Of a DNA stretch of 53,620 nt, positions 34,268-43,851 are shown piece by piece. The position numbers and the translations under genes were made by a program. Each line of letters begins with the position of its first letter. The stretch's first letter is position 1. The notes under the pieces were generated by a model that did not search any database, had not been told where the DNA came from, and was given only the letters and a program-made list of their open reading frames with translations. This DNA is from a virus: positions 1 to 53,620 of the IMG/VR virus record IMGVR_UViG_3300045988_088394; one strand, given 5' to 3'.

Positions 34268-34638
34268 GCTATAAGAACGAACCAAGGACGAAGCAAGGCC
34301 GCGCAAAATACAGAAACAAGGTTGTAAACAACGTTTTCGGGCGATTTGACAGCATCAAGGAGTTTAAGCGGTACTTGTTATTGCGCGAGGAAGAAAAACG
34401 CGGTAGAATAAAAAATCTGCAAAGACAAGTCAAGTTCGAGCTAATACCTAAGCAGACCGACAGCAAAGGCAAACTGCTCGAACGGGCGTGTTACTACATT
34501 GCGGATTTCGTGTACGAGAAGCAAGGGAAACAAGTTGTTGAGGACGTTAAAAGTCGGATAACTGTTTCAGTTGCATCTTTTGTGATAAAGCGAAAATTGA
34601 TGCTGTATAAGCACAATATATCAATAAAAGAGGTCTGA
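34264..34638 (+). CDS. DUF1064-family protein (PD-(D/E)XK nuclease-like)
   Basis: FDSIKEFKRYLLLREEEKRGRIKNLQRQVKFELIP...YYIADFVYEK..VVEDVK fits the DUF1064 pattern. Confidence 0.65.
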   Translation: MSYKNEPRTKQGRAKYRNKVVNNVFGRFDSIKEFKRYLLLREEEKRGRIKNLQRQVKFELIPKQTDSKGKLLERACYYIADFVYEKQGKQVVEDVKSRITVSVASFVIKRKLMLYKHNISIKEV

Positions 34639-34648
34639 TATTCAAAGT

Positions 34649-34682
34649 AAGGACTAAGCATTATGAGTGCTTAGTCCTTTTT
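34649..34682 (+). terminator. Intrinsic terminator
   Basis: AAGGACTAAGCA-ttatgag-TGCTTAGTCCTT followed by TTT. Confidence 0.8.
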
Positions 34683-34697
34683 GCGTAATATCGCAAT

Positions 34698-35483
34698 ATG
34701 AATAACGACCTATACATACCTGACTCTTTGTTTCCAACAGACAACGATTTTGAGGTTCCAAGCCTCAGATTAGACATGCAAGCGACAACTTGCCAGATTC
34801 CGTTTGTCTGTTTCGGTGAACAAAAGCGAACGTTCAAAATGAATGGCACAGGAACGCTGCATTTCTACACTGATGACTATCGGTTCAATGCGGTTTACGA
34901 ACACCCCGAGAAAATTTTGCAGCAAAACCCTGCACAAATCGTAGAACCCAACTTCTCGCTATTCAATGAAACACCTATTGCGTTTGGTCTGCAAGCAATC
35001 TACAAGAAACGACTCGTTGCAAGGCAGATGCAGGAGGAAGGCATTCGCGTGTTCGTTGACCTGAATGTCGCTAACAAGTTCTACGCATTCAATCTGCTTG
35101 GAGTTCCGAAAGGCTGGAGCGCATTCTGCACACGGGGCTACGAGGACAGAGTAAACGCCCTGAACTTTGAATACGAGATAGCTACGCGTGTTTCTGACGG
35201 CGATAATCTTACGTTCGTTGTGTATGGCGGTGGCGAGGTTATTAAGCAATGGTGCAAAGAGCATGGCGCGGTTTACGTTACGCCAATCATCATCATAAAG
35301 AACAAGTACAAGTCTATTCAGCGAATGGCACAGAATACAGCCTTGTTCAAAGAAAACTGGGACATGGGCAAGGCTATCCCAACGCTGAAAGATTTGCTTG
35401 ACAAACAAGTTATTGACAACAGAAAACAAATTGAACATGGCAAAAGGCAGCGGCAGTACAAGAGTTTCAAGATGGGTAAATAG
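34698..35483 (+). CDS. DUF4417-family protein
   Basis: LHFYTDDYRFNAVYEHPEKIL..IVEPNFSLF..P.A.. fits the DUF4417 pattern. Confidence 0.7.
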   Translation: MNNDLYIPDSLFPTDNDFEVPSLRLDMQATTCQIPFVCFGEQKRTFKMNGTGTLHFYTDDYRFNAVYEHPEKILQQNPAQIVEPNFSLFNETPIAFGLQAIYKKRLVARQMQEEGIRVFVDLNVANKFYAFNLLGVPKGWSAFCTRGYEDRVNALNFEYEIATRVSDGDNLTFVVYGGGEVIKQWCKEHGAVYVTPIIIIKNKYKSIQRMAQNTALFKENWDMGKAIPTLKDLLDKQVIDNRKQIEHGKRQRQYKSFKMGK

Positions 35484-35940
35484 AAATAACTCGCAAGAGA
35501 AATTATATTTCCGCGATGGCGTGCGAGTTGAATACGCAGAGCTTGATACTATCGGTAAAAGACTTGTAAAAGACGAAAAGAACAAAGTTGCCAAAGAACT
35601 GTACGCCAAACTTAAGAACGAAAAGACCACACAAGTAATAGATAATGGGCAGGTAATTCAAATAGGTTATACAAGTAAAGGCTTAGACCACTTTGCTAAT
35701 GATGCGATGCTCACTTTGAGTGGAAAATACTTTAGCAGAAATTCTATGATGAGAGTTAATGAGATACTTGAAAAGTCTACATATATCTCAACATCGCACA
35801 ATCTAATACACCCTCGAACAGATGGTCGTGATTTATGGTTTACATATACAGATGTAGACGGAAGAGGCGTATATTTCAAAGTGTGTTGGAATAATCAACT
35901 AAAGATTCACGAGCTATATTCGGTTACAGATTATTTATAA
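35437..35940 (+). CDS. Hypothetical protein (weak resemblance to phage Barnase/EndoU/RelE-like nuclease domains)
   Basis: Starts at ATG 35437 (MAKGSGSTRVSRW..). 167 aa. The functional hint comes only from ..YTSKGLDHFANDAM.. and the gene context. Confidence 0.45.
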   Translation: MAKGSGSTRVSRWVNRNNSQEKLYFRDGVRVEYAELDTIGKRLVKDEKNKVAKELYAKLKNEKTTQVIDNGQVIQIGYTSKGLDHFANDAMLTLSGKYFSRNSMMRVNEILEKSTYISTSHNLIHPRTDGRDLWFTYTDVDGRGVYFKVCWNNQLKIHELYSVTDYL

Positions 35941-36064
35941 ACAACAAACAAAAAAATGCCCCATAAGGTTTCAGAATAACAATCTGTCCCTATGGGGGCG
36001 AAATAAGTGTCCAGCACTTATTCCCATACCGCAAAATTACAAACAATTATAATACAAAGCAAAT

Positions 36065-37324
36065 ATGCAAGCAAAAACAATCAAACTTTCTGATTTGCAT
36101 CTCAATACTGGACAAATCAAAGACGTGCCAAAGAACCCTCGCTTCATCAAAGATGAGCGTTACGAAGCACTCAAAAAGAGCATTGAAGATGACCCCGAGA
36201 TGCTACAACTTCGTGAACTCGTAGCCTACGATAACAACGGAGAACTTGTCGTTATCCTTGGCAACATGCGTTATCGAGCCATGAAAGAACTCGGCTACAA
36301 GGACGCCCCTGTTAAGGTGTTACCCACCGAAACAGACGCAAAGAAACTCCGTGCCTACATTCAGAAGGACAACATCGCTTTCGGTCAAAACGATTGGGAC
36401 TTGCTCGGCAATGAGTGGGACGTGGAAGAGTTGCAGGATTTCGGGCTGGAATGCGATTTTCTTACAGATTTAGACATAGATAAAGGAAATGAAAATACTA
36501 TGGATAACGTGCAAGAAGACGATTTCGACCCAGACTCAGTTCAAGAAGATGAAATAGAAGTGAAACTTGGGGATATATTCCAACTTGGAAATCATAGGCT
36601 CATGTGTGGAGACAGCACTAAGGAAGAATTTGTAAATGCGCTATGTGATGAAAAACAAATGGATATGTTGCTGACGGACCCACCATATAATGTTGATTAT
36701 ACAGGTAAATCAAGTGAACTCAAGAATAAAAAGATAGCCAATGATGCCATGCCAGAGGACTCATTTCGTACATTCTTGTTAAGTGTGTTTAATTTAGCTG
36801 CATCGCATCTCAAAAAAGGTGGGGCTTTTTATATATGGCATGCCGATTCGGAAGGAGTCGCTTTTAGAAATTCGGTTGATGGAACGGGCAGCTTATTGCT
36901 TAAGCAAACGCTAATATGGAATAAAAATTCATTTGTGCTTGGAAGGCAAGACTATCAGTGGAAGCACGAGCCTTGTCTATATGGCTGGAAAGAAGGAGGT
37001 CCTCACTATTTTATTAACGACAGGAGTCTTTCAACAGTCATTGATATGAATAAGCCGCAGCGAGCTGACCTACACCCTACAATGAAACCAATTGAATTAT
37101 TCGCTTATTGTATTAACAACAGCAGCAAAGTTGGAGAGAATGTCCTTGACTTATTCGGAGGAAGTGGAACATCTATTATCGCATCCGAGCAACTTGGTCG
37201 TAAGTGCTACATGATGGAGTTCTCTCCACACTTTGTTAACGTTATAATTAAACGATGGGAAACGCTAACAGGACAAAAGGCAATAAAACTTTGCAATATA
37301 TTAGACAGTAGCAGTAAGGTGTAA
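36065..37324 (+). CDS. ParB-like nuclease domain fused to a DNA methyltransferase (N6-A/N4-C, beta class)
   Basis: N-terminal ParB motif ..VVILGNMRYRAMKELGY... Motif IV, LLTDPPYNV, precedes motif I, LDLFGGSGTSIIA. Confidence 0.85.
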   Translation: MQAKTIKLSDLHLNTGQIKDVPKNPRFIKDERYEALKKSIEDDPEMLQLRELVAYDNNGELVVILGNMRYRAMKELGYKDAPVKVLPTETDAKKLRAYIQKDNIAFGQNDWDLLGNEWDVEELQDFGLECDFLTDLDIDKGNENTMDNVQEDDFDPDSVQEDEIEVKLGDIFQLGNHRLMCGDSTKEEFVNALCDEKQMDMLLTDPPYNVDYTGKSSELKNKKIANDAMPEDSFRTFLLSVFNLAASHLKKGGAFYIWHADSEGVAFRNSVDGTGSLLLKQTLIWNKNSFVLGRQDYQWKHEPCLYGWKEGGPHYFINDRSLSTVIDMNKPQRADLHPTMKPIELFAYCINNSSKVGENVLDLFGGSGTSIIASEQLGRKCYMMEFSPHFVNVIIKRWETLTGQKAIKLCNILDSSSKV

Positions 37325-37348
37325 TTTAATAATTAAAAAGAAATAGAT

Positions 37349-37846
37349 ATGCGAAATAAAAGCGAACAAAACCTTATCCCGATGAACAAGCAACCGCCCG
37401 AGGTGCAGAGGGAACTCAGCAGAAAGGGTGGTCGCAATTCAGGGAAATCACGCAGAGAAAAGCGTGCAATGGCTGATGTGTTACGCATGATGATAGAACA
37501 GCCCATACCAGCGAACCAACGCAATGCCGTGCTAGCCTTGAAAAAGTTGGGCATAAGTTCTGCAGACGCCACGAATGCAGCATTGATTAACCTGCAACTC
37601 GTCAACCTTGCGCTAAGCAGTTCAGTTGACAACAAGACAAAACTTAGAGCGATTGAACTCATACACAGGTTTATTGACGGGCAAAAGGTTGATGTGACAA
37701 CGAACGGAAAAGATGTCGCGAAAATCCAATCTGACCCATTGCAACTCCACATAGTAACAAGCACAGACGAGTACAAGAAAATCCTTGAAGAAGTAAATAA
37801 AGAAAGAAAGCATAAAAATTCAGATTTTGGAGAAATTGAAGATTAG
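37349..37846 (+). CDS. Terminase small subunit (putative)
   Basis: 165 aa with a basic N-terminus (SRKGGRNSGKSRREKR). It lies immediately upstream of the large terminase. Confidence 0.5.
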   Translation: MRNKSEQNLIPMNKQPPEVQRELSRKGGRNSGKSRREKRAMADVLRMMIEQPIPANQRNAVLALKKLGISSADATNAALINLQLVNLALSSSVDNKTKLRAIELIHRFIDGQKVDVTTNGKDVAKIQSDPLQLHIVTSTDEYKKILEEVNKERKHKNSDFGEIED

Positions 37847-37848
37847 AA

Positions 37849-39051
37849 ATGTCTCATGATGTATTCTTTACAAAAAACTTTTTACGCATTCAAGCTGCAA
37901 AAGATGTCGGCTTTACAACGGTTTCTCTGCAAGGTTCTTCGCGAAGTTCAAAGAGTTATTCTATCGTGCAATGGCTATGTGTCTGTTGCCATAACATCGT
38001 AGGAACGACAGTGTCCATTGTGCGTGCTGGCATGCCATCAATTAAACGCACAATTTATCGTGATTTCAAAACGATAATGCAAGATTTTGGCTGGTGGAAT
38101 CCTAAAGCGATGAACAAAACCGACTTCATCTATGAGTTTCCCAATGGTTCATGGCTTGAATTCTTTTCAACAGATAATGAACAGAAAGTGCGTGGTTCTA
38201 AGCGCCAAATACTTTTCGTAAATGAAGCCAACGAATTAAATTATATAGAGTGGCAGCAGCTACAGATGCGTACAACGGAATTTTCCATCATAGACTATAA
38301 TCCATCCTTTCCTGACGACCACTGGATTTGTGATGTTAATCGGGAAACACGCACATATTGGTTTATTTCCACATACAAGGATAACCCATTCTTGGAACAA
38401 AAGGTTATTGATGAAATCGAAAGCCTTAAAGACAAGAATCCTTCATTGTGGCGCATCTATGGACTTGGGCTGCAAGCTATGGTAGAAGGGCTTATTTTCG
38501 AGAATGTAGAAGCAGTAGACGAAATACCACGTTGGCACAAGAAACATCACTACCGAGGCATGGACTTCGGTTATACGAACGACCCTACGGCCATTGTAGA
38601 CGTGTATATCAACGATAATTCGCTGTGGATTGATGAAGTGTGCTACCGCACAGAAATGTTGGCTGCAGACATAGCGAAAGCGCACAAGGAAGCCAATCGC
38701 GAATGTGGACAGAATGTTGAAATAATATCAGAGAGTGCTGACCCTCGACTGATTGACGAAATTTCGAATGCAGGGCTTGACATTCACCCCGTACACAAGT
38801 TCCAAGGGTCAATCATGGCTGGAATACAGAAGATGCAAGAGCTAAAGATACGCGTAACAAAGCGAAGCACCAATGTGCTGAAAGAATTTCGCAACTACAC
38901 CTACCGACAGAACAAAGATGGCAAGTGGCTGAATGAGCCTATTGACGCCTACAACCACGCGATAGACGCAATACGTTATGTGGTGCTTGATAAACTGCTC
39001 GGGCAGAATAGTAACGGCATAGAAGCCGATGATTTTATAGATATGCTGTAA
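37849..39051 (+). CDS. terL: Terminase large subunit (PBSX/TIGR01547-like)
   Basis: Walker A-like LQGSSRSSKSYS, ..ILFVNEANEL.., and a C-terminal nuclease region with ..ISESADPRLIDE.. and ..DAYNHAIDAIRY.. Confidence 0.85.
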   Translation: MSHDVFFTKNFLRIQAAKDVGFTTVSLQGSSRSSKSYSIVQWLCVCCHNIVGTTVSIVRAGMPSIKRTIYRDFKTIMQDFGWWNPKAMNKTDFIYEFPNGSWLEFFSTDNEQKVRGSKRQILFVNEANELNYIEWQQLQMRTTEFSIIDYNPSFPDDHWICDVNRETRTYWFISTYKDNPFLEQKVIDEIESLKDKNPSLWRIYGLGLQAMVEGLIFENVEAVDEIPRWHKKHHYRGMDFGYTNDPTAIVDVYINDNSLWIDEVCYRTEMLAADIAKAHKEANRECGQNVEIISESADPRLIDEISNAGLDIHPVHKFQGSIMAGIQKMQELKIRVTKRSTNVLKEFRNYTYRQNKDGKWLNEPIDAYNHAIDAIRYVVLDKLLGQNSNGIEADDFIDML

Positions 39052-39085
39052 TGCTGTAATAAACAAATACGAGAAAATAATAAAC

Positions 39086-40534
39086 ATGAAGCAAATAAGA
39101 GAGATAATGGCATTGGGCGACCCGATGCAGATTTACACGCTGTTGACAGCACGCAAACGAGGTTTCAAAAAGCCTCTTGATGTAACAGAAGCGGAATATA
39201 ACCCAATGCAGCACGCAGTCTATGACAAGACAAAGCGCAAGAAAAAGGAACTTAAGGTAAAGAGCGACAAGCGAGACAATGATGGGAACTGGCTATACAA
39301 GACAAAGTATGTAGACCGCTGCCGTATTGCTGTTCCAGCGCAGCGACTTATCTGTGAGCGTGATGTTGGCTTCTTGCTTGCCGAACCAGTCAAATACAAC
39401 ATTAAGGGTGTTGCAGACAGCCAGCAACAAGAGTTGTATGACAGCGCAATGGATATCCTGCAATACAACAAGATAGACTACTTCGACAAGCGGCTTGCAC
39501 GCGAGTTGTTTCGTTGTTGCGAATGCGCGGAGCTATGGTACATTGTTAAGGGCGAAGATGGCGAGGAGGACGAAATGCGTGTAATGCTGCTCTCTCCACT
39601 GCATGGGGATATTCTGTACCCCCACTTCGATGACTACAACCGCATGGACGGATTTGCGCGCAAGTACAATGTAAAGGACGAACTCGGCAATACGACTGTC
39701 CATTTCGATGTGTACACGTCAACACTCGTGTACCGATACATGAACAATGGAGCAAACCTTGAACTCATTGACGCAAAACCGCATGGCTTTGGGAAAATCC
39801 CAGTCGTGTATTATCGGCAGGAGGAAACCGAATGGGAATGCGTGCAACCAATCATTGAGCGATTGGAAGAACTTCTCTCTAATTGGGGTGACGTGAATGA
39901 CTACTTTGGTGCGCCAACATACTTCTTCAAAGGCAAGATGAAAGGCTTTGCCGAGAAAGGTGAGGTTGGCCGTGTATACCAAGGCGAGGGCGAAAATGCT
40001 GACATGAAGGTCGTGTCTTGGAACTCTGCCCCAGAGAGTATGCGACAGGAGGTAGCCAACCTTACAAACATCATATTCTCATATTCGCAGACGCCTGACA
40101 TATCATTCGAGAATATGAAAACGTTAGGTAACAACACGAGCGGAGCAGCAATACGACTCATGTTTACCGACCCACACCTAAAGGCCGAAACGAAAGAGGA
40201 ACTGTTTGGCGAGATGTTTACGCGAAGATTTAATGTCGTAAAGAGTGGCTATGCAACAAGCATGAAAGCCACACCAAAGCGTATTGCAGACCAGTTGCAA
40301 GTAACGCCAGTGTTCACGCCCTACATACCGAAAAACGAGATGGAGATGCTGCAACTCATCAATCTGTCAACGCAGAGCAAGCAAACGATGTCGCAAGAAG
40401 ATGGTGTAAGGCTTAATCCACTTGTGAGCAATCCCGAGGAAACAATCAAACAGTTGCAAGAGGAGAGCGCACAATCAATGAAGATGGCCTTGTTCGGCAC
40501 AACAAAAGAGGAGGACGAAACTGGAGAGGAATAA
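39086..40534 (+). CDS. Portal protein
   Basis: 482 aa, directly after terL and before the MuF-like gene. The C-terminus is acidic. Confidence 0.8.
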   Translation: MKQIREIMALGDPMQIYTLLTARKRGFKKPLDVTEAEYNPMQHAVYDKTKRKKKELKVKSDKRDNDGNWLYKTKYVDRCRIAVPAQRLICERDVGFLLAEPVKYNIKGVADSQQQELYDSAMDILQYNKIDYFDKRLARELFRCCECAELWYIVKGEDGEEDEMRVMLLSPLHGDILYPHFDDYNRMDGFARKYNVKDELGNTTVHFDVYTSTLVYRYMNNGANLELIDAKPHGFGKIPVVYYRQEETEWECVQPIIERLEELLSNWGDVNDYFGAPTYFFKGKMKGFAEKGEVGRVYQGEGENADMKVVSWNSAPESMRQEVANLTNIIFSYSQTPDISFENMKTLGNNTSGAAIRLMFTDPHLKAETKEELFGEMFTRRFNVVKSGYATSMKATPKRIADQLQVTPVFTPYIPKNEMEMLQLINLSTQSKQTMSQEDGVRLNPLVSNPEETIKQLQEESAQSMKMALFGTTKEEDETGEE

Positions 40535-40549
40535 TAACTGGAACACGGA

Positions 40550-42181
40550 ATGACCGCTGAACAGAGATTGACAAAATTGCTTCTGCAAGCATCAGGCGAC
40601 TTGCAGAAGCTATACGACAAACTTATTAAAGAGCTGACAAAAGCAACATCAAATTCTGTTCACGCTGTCAGCCCTGATGAATTGTATACAATAGCAAAGG
40701 CTTGCACCCCGACTGAAAAAGAACGGGTGCAGGCTTTGCTTGATGCTTACAGTAGCACTCTTGGCTCACTCATAAAGCAGGGCATAACGCGTGCCGTTCT
40801 GCTCTCAGCCAACATTCAGCAAAAGGCCCTGTCAGCATACACGCGTATGCAGGGCAAGGAGGTTGACGATTGGCGCGAAAGTACGGCAAAGGCATTTATC
40901 AACAGCAGAATGAAACGCGATGGTGGACCCAACCTCTCTGACAGGGTGTGGAACTACACGCAACAAACAAAGGCAGAGTTTGAACTTGCCATGTCGCAAG
41001 CCCTTGAAAAGGGCATCAAGCAAGGTATATCAGCAGAGAGCCTTGGCCGTCAGATACGGCAGTATCTCAATAACCCCGATATGATGTACAGACGTTATCA
41101 CCTCAAAAAAGCTATGGCAGACGGAACGAAACGCGATGTCGTGGAATGGCGCAGACGTGTGATAGACGAGCAAGGCAAGGTGCGCTTTGTAAAAGAAGAT
41201 TTGGCCCATGTCGGCACTGGCGTATATCGTTCAGCACGTCAGAATGCCTTGCGCCTGACTATCACAGAAACGAATATGGCCTACAACTATGCAAATTGTG
41301 AAAGATGGAGTAGTGAGCCATACGTGTTGGGCATTCGTATTAGAACGTCAGCAAATCACCCAGAGAAGGATATTTGCGATGAACTTGCAGGCGACTATCC
41401 CAAAGATTTCATGTGGCGAGGCTGGCACCCACGTTGTCGCTGCTCCATGTCATCAATCTTGATTGACCGCAATAGCGAGGAGTGGAAACATCTGCGCTCT
41501 CTGCCCGAGAAAGAGTATAGAGCTTACAAGTCCCCCAATCTTGTGCCGAACGTGCCTGAGAAGTTCTCTAAATGGTGCGAGCGCAATGCTGACAAGTTAA
41601 ACTTGGCGCGAGAGAATGGAAAGCTGCCTTACTTCGTGAAGGATAATATGAAGGCTGTTGGAAAGTTCGTAGGCTGGAATGAGGACTCCATTCTGGCAAA
41701 AGAGATAACTGAAGTATGCAAGATGGCGCGCGCATCTGGCAAAGAAGTTCAAGGTACAGCGGAATCTATTGCACAAAAGTACGGAGCTAAATGTACACCG
41801 ATAAACTTTAAGAGCGAGGAATCTATAAGGAGAAAGGTCCTCTTGGAAAGACAAGAAGTTCCTATGTTTTCGCCAAAGAATTTGAAAGATACAGTACGAA
41901 CAACAATAGTTGCTGACAATAAGGATATTGATTTTATAATCAGCGACTTGGTTAAACATAAATCTTTTGTGCGACTAAAGAAACAGAAAACATCATTAGG
42001 CTATGTTGGTAATATAGTTAATCTAATAACAAATAATGGTCTTATAGCAGAGGTTCAAGTAATCACGCCTTATATGATTTATGCTAAAGAATCTCCCAAA
42101 ATTGCAAAGCAACTTTTGGGAGAAAGTATGTGGAATAAGATAATGCAAAAAAACAAAATTAGAAGGTGGACTCGGACATAA
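40550..42181 (+). CDS. Head morphogenesis protein (MuF / SPP1 gp7 family) with a C-terminal RelA/SpoT-like domain; the frame as given is truncated at an A7 run
   Basis: MuF-type motifs ..LTITETNMAYN.. and ..GWHPRCRCS... The C-terminal region has KSEESIRRKV, DTVRTTIV, GYVGNIVNL and AEVQVIT. The +1 frame continues to 42278. Confidence 0.8.
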   Translation: MTAEQRLTKLLLQASGDLQKLYDKLIKELTKATSNSVHAVSPDELYTIAKACTPTEKERVQALLDAYSSTLGSLIKQGITRAVLLSANIQQKALSAYTRMQGKEVDDWRESTAKAFINSRMKRDGGPNLSDRVWNYTQQTKAEFELAMSQALEKGIKQGISAESLGRQIRQYLNNPDMMYRRYHLKKAMADGTKRDVVEWRRRVIDEQGKVRFVKEDLAHVGTGVYRSARQNALRLTITETNMAYNYANCERWSSEPYVLGIRIRTSANHPEKDICDELAGDYPKDFMWRGWHPRCRCSMSSILIDRNSEEWKHLRSLPEKEYRAYKSPNLVPNVPEKFSKWCERNADKLNLARENGKLPYFVKDNMKAVGKFVGWNEDSILAKEITEVCKMARASGKEVQGTAESIAQKYGAKCTPINFKSEESIRRKVLLERQEVPMFSPKNLKDTVRTTIVADNKDIDFIISDLVKHKSFVRLKKQKTSLGYVGNIVNLITNNGLIAEVQVITPYMIYAKESPKIAKQLLGESMWNKIMQKNKIRRWTRT

Positions 42182-42267
42182 ATTCTATGAACAATGGAGA
42201 TTGTTAAATCCGAAAAGTAAAGAAGCTATCGAAATAGCAAAGAAAAGTGTTGAATACTATAGACACT

Positions 42268-42519
42268 TTAAGAATTAGCTAATTTCCGATATTTACCAGT
42301 ACGCGGATTCCAATCCCATGTTATACCGAAATTGTCATACTCTTCTTTTGTGATTGGTTCAAGAAAATTCTCCATACTGAAACTTGGAATACCCCATGCT
42401 TCTCTTTCATCTTTACCTGCTTTACGTTCTCTAAGGTACTCAATATGTTTTATATAACGTTGGCCATTGTCATCTTCACGTACAACGGCATCAGCTTCAT
42501 AATTTGAGAAATATTTCAT
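42268..42519 (-). CDS. Hypothetical protein (83 aa), convergent with the MuF-toxin gene
   Basis: I chose ATG 42519 (MKYFSNYEADAVVRED..). It has its own TAACTTTG box upstream at 42639-42646. Confidence 0.5.
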   Translation of the reverse strand: MKYFSNYEADAVVREDDNGQRYIKHIEYLRERKAGKDEREAWGIPSFSMENFLEPITKEEYDNFGITWDWNPRTGKYRKLANS

Positions 42520-42638
42520 ACAAAAAAATAAATAAAAGATACCCATGGTCAGCCACTCGCATCCCACTGTCTTGTTTCATACACCATTCCGTCAAAGGAA
42601 AAGCCTTGTCCGCTGTTAGGTATCTTGTCATGTTAATG

Positions 42639-42646
42639 CAAAGTTA
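42639..42646 (-). promoter_or_regulatory. TAnnTTTG -7 box (TAACTTTG on the minus strand) upstream of 42268..42519
   Basis: Reverse complement of CAAAGTTA. Confidence 0.3.
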
Positions 42647-42671
42647 TAAATTAAATTTATATGTAGAAGTT

Positions 42672-42893
42672 TCACGCATCAATTTTCCAAAGATATTGAA
42701 TATCCCCACCGCCTAAAGTAAGCGTCACGTCAGGCTCGGCCATCAAGTCACTTTTTTTGAATGAGAAATAATACAGCGACCTTGGCTTAAGCTCGCCACT
42801 GATTATCTTCAATTCGCATGATGACTTCATATAGGCTGCACCAGTGACCAAATCCCATCGGAGCAGGTCTTTCAGAAATTCTTTTGCTTTCAT
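42672..42893 (-). CDS. Hypothetical protein
   Basis: 73-aa ORF in the minus-strand island. Confidence 0.45.
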   Translation of the reverse strand: MKAKEFLKDLLRWDLVTGAAYMKSSCELKIISGELKPRSLYYFSFKKSDLMAEPDVTLTLGGGDIQYLWKIDA

Positions 42894-42898
42894 GTTGT

Positions 42899-43300
42899 TT
42901 AATCTATAAAGTCGTTGAATGTTGTTACCTCTGTTCCACCATCATAGAAAGGCTTCTTGTCGCAAATATAGCCCTTCCAAGAGCCATATTCGTATATACG
43001 AAACATGTGGTATCCAGCATTACGAAGAGCCTTAAAAGCTGCTTTCATCTCCTCGCCATTAAATCGGATATTAACGTCACTGACAGATGCTTCGTAGCCA
43101 CCAAACCCGTAGGCTTTACCGCTTCGTTTGTAGACTCTGACGTATAGAGTTTTGCCTCTGTACGCGTTTTGTCTCTCTGGGTGAAATATGCGCCAGACGC
43201 AAGTGCTGAGAAACGCATCGCAAATGTATTGTACAACCTCTTGACGTACTTCTGTTGGCTGTACATAATCGTTCTTTGGTATGTTTACTGTTATTTCCAT
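42899..43300 (-). CDS. Hypothetical protein
   Basis: 133-aa ORF in the minus-strand island. Confidence 0.55.
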   Translation of the reverse strand: MEITVNIPKNDYVQPTEVRQEVVQYICDAFLSTCVWRIFHPERQNAYRGKTLYVRVYKRSGKAYGFGGYEASVSDVNIRFNGEEMKAAFKALRNAGYHMFRIYEYGSWKGYICDKKPFYDGGTEVTTFNDFID

Positions 43301-43315
43301 TGTCGTTGTGTTGTA

Positions 43316-43795
43316 TTAAATTCGTGTGATTGTTTTTGCTGTCTCCTCTCCCCATAGTTCAACTATTATGTCGTAGGCTTCCTTGTCACCGTCCCAAGCG
43401 TACATGCACTCGCAGTTATTGTATTCAAAGAAATACACCTCTTGTGGGTCACAATTAGCTTTTATTTCCTCGTCCCTTTTTGCGAAGTAATCAAAAAAGG
43501 TCTTATATCTATCGACATCGGGGTGCGTCTTGTATCTGGCGTTGTAATAGAATGAAACAGTCTTAGCATTAAGCATTACTACGCTGCCCTCGGTGCAAGA
43601 CCAGTCAATAAAGTATTCAAGCGTGCCTTTAGTCGTTTGAATGTGCCTTATCGCTTGTGGGTTCTTGGCCTTGGTCCTTGCATAGCTTTTGGCGAAACGT
43701 TCTTTAAGGCCGCAATTCTTAGCGTGTATGTAAGCATCTTGGTAGTTCATGATGTATTCGTTATCCTCTTTCAATTTTGCTTCTTCTTCGTTCAT
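43316..43795 (-). CDS. Hypothetical protein
   Basis: 159-aa ORF in the minus-strand island. Confidence 0.55.
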   Translation of the reverse strand: MNEEEAKLKEDNEYIMNYQDAYIHAKNCGLKERFAKSYARTKAKNPQAIRHIQTTKGTLEYFIDWSCTEGSVVMLNAKTVSFYYNARYKTHPDVDRYKTFFDYFAKRDEEIKANCDPQEVYFFEYNNCECMYAWDGDKEAYDIIVELWGEETAKTITRI

Positions 43796-43851
43796 AGCTG
43801 TTTTTTGTTATAAGCGAGTGGGCATTGCACCCACTCGCGAGGTTGATATGT

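Noticed and set aside
34959-35630. 223-aa minus-strand ORF
   Set aside because: It is antisense to the DUF4417 gene, which has a clear family signature.
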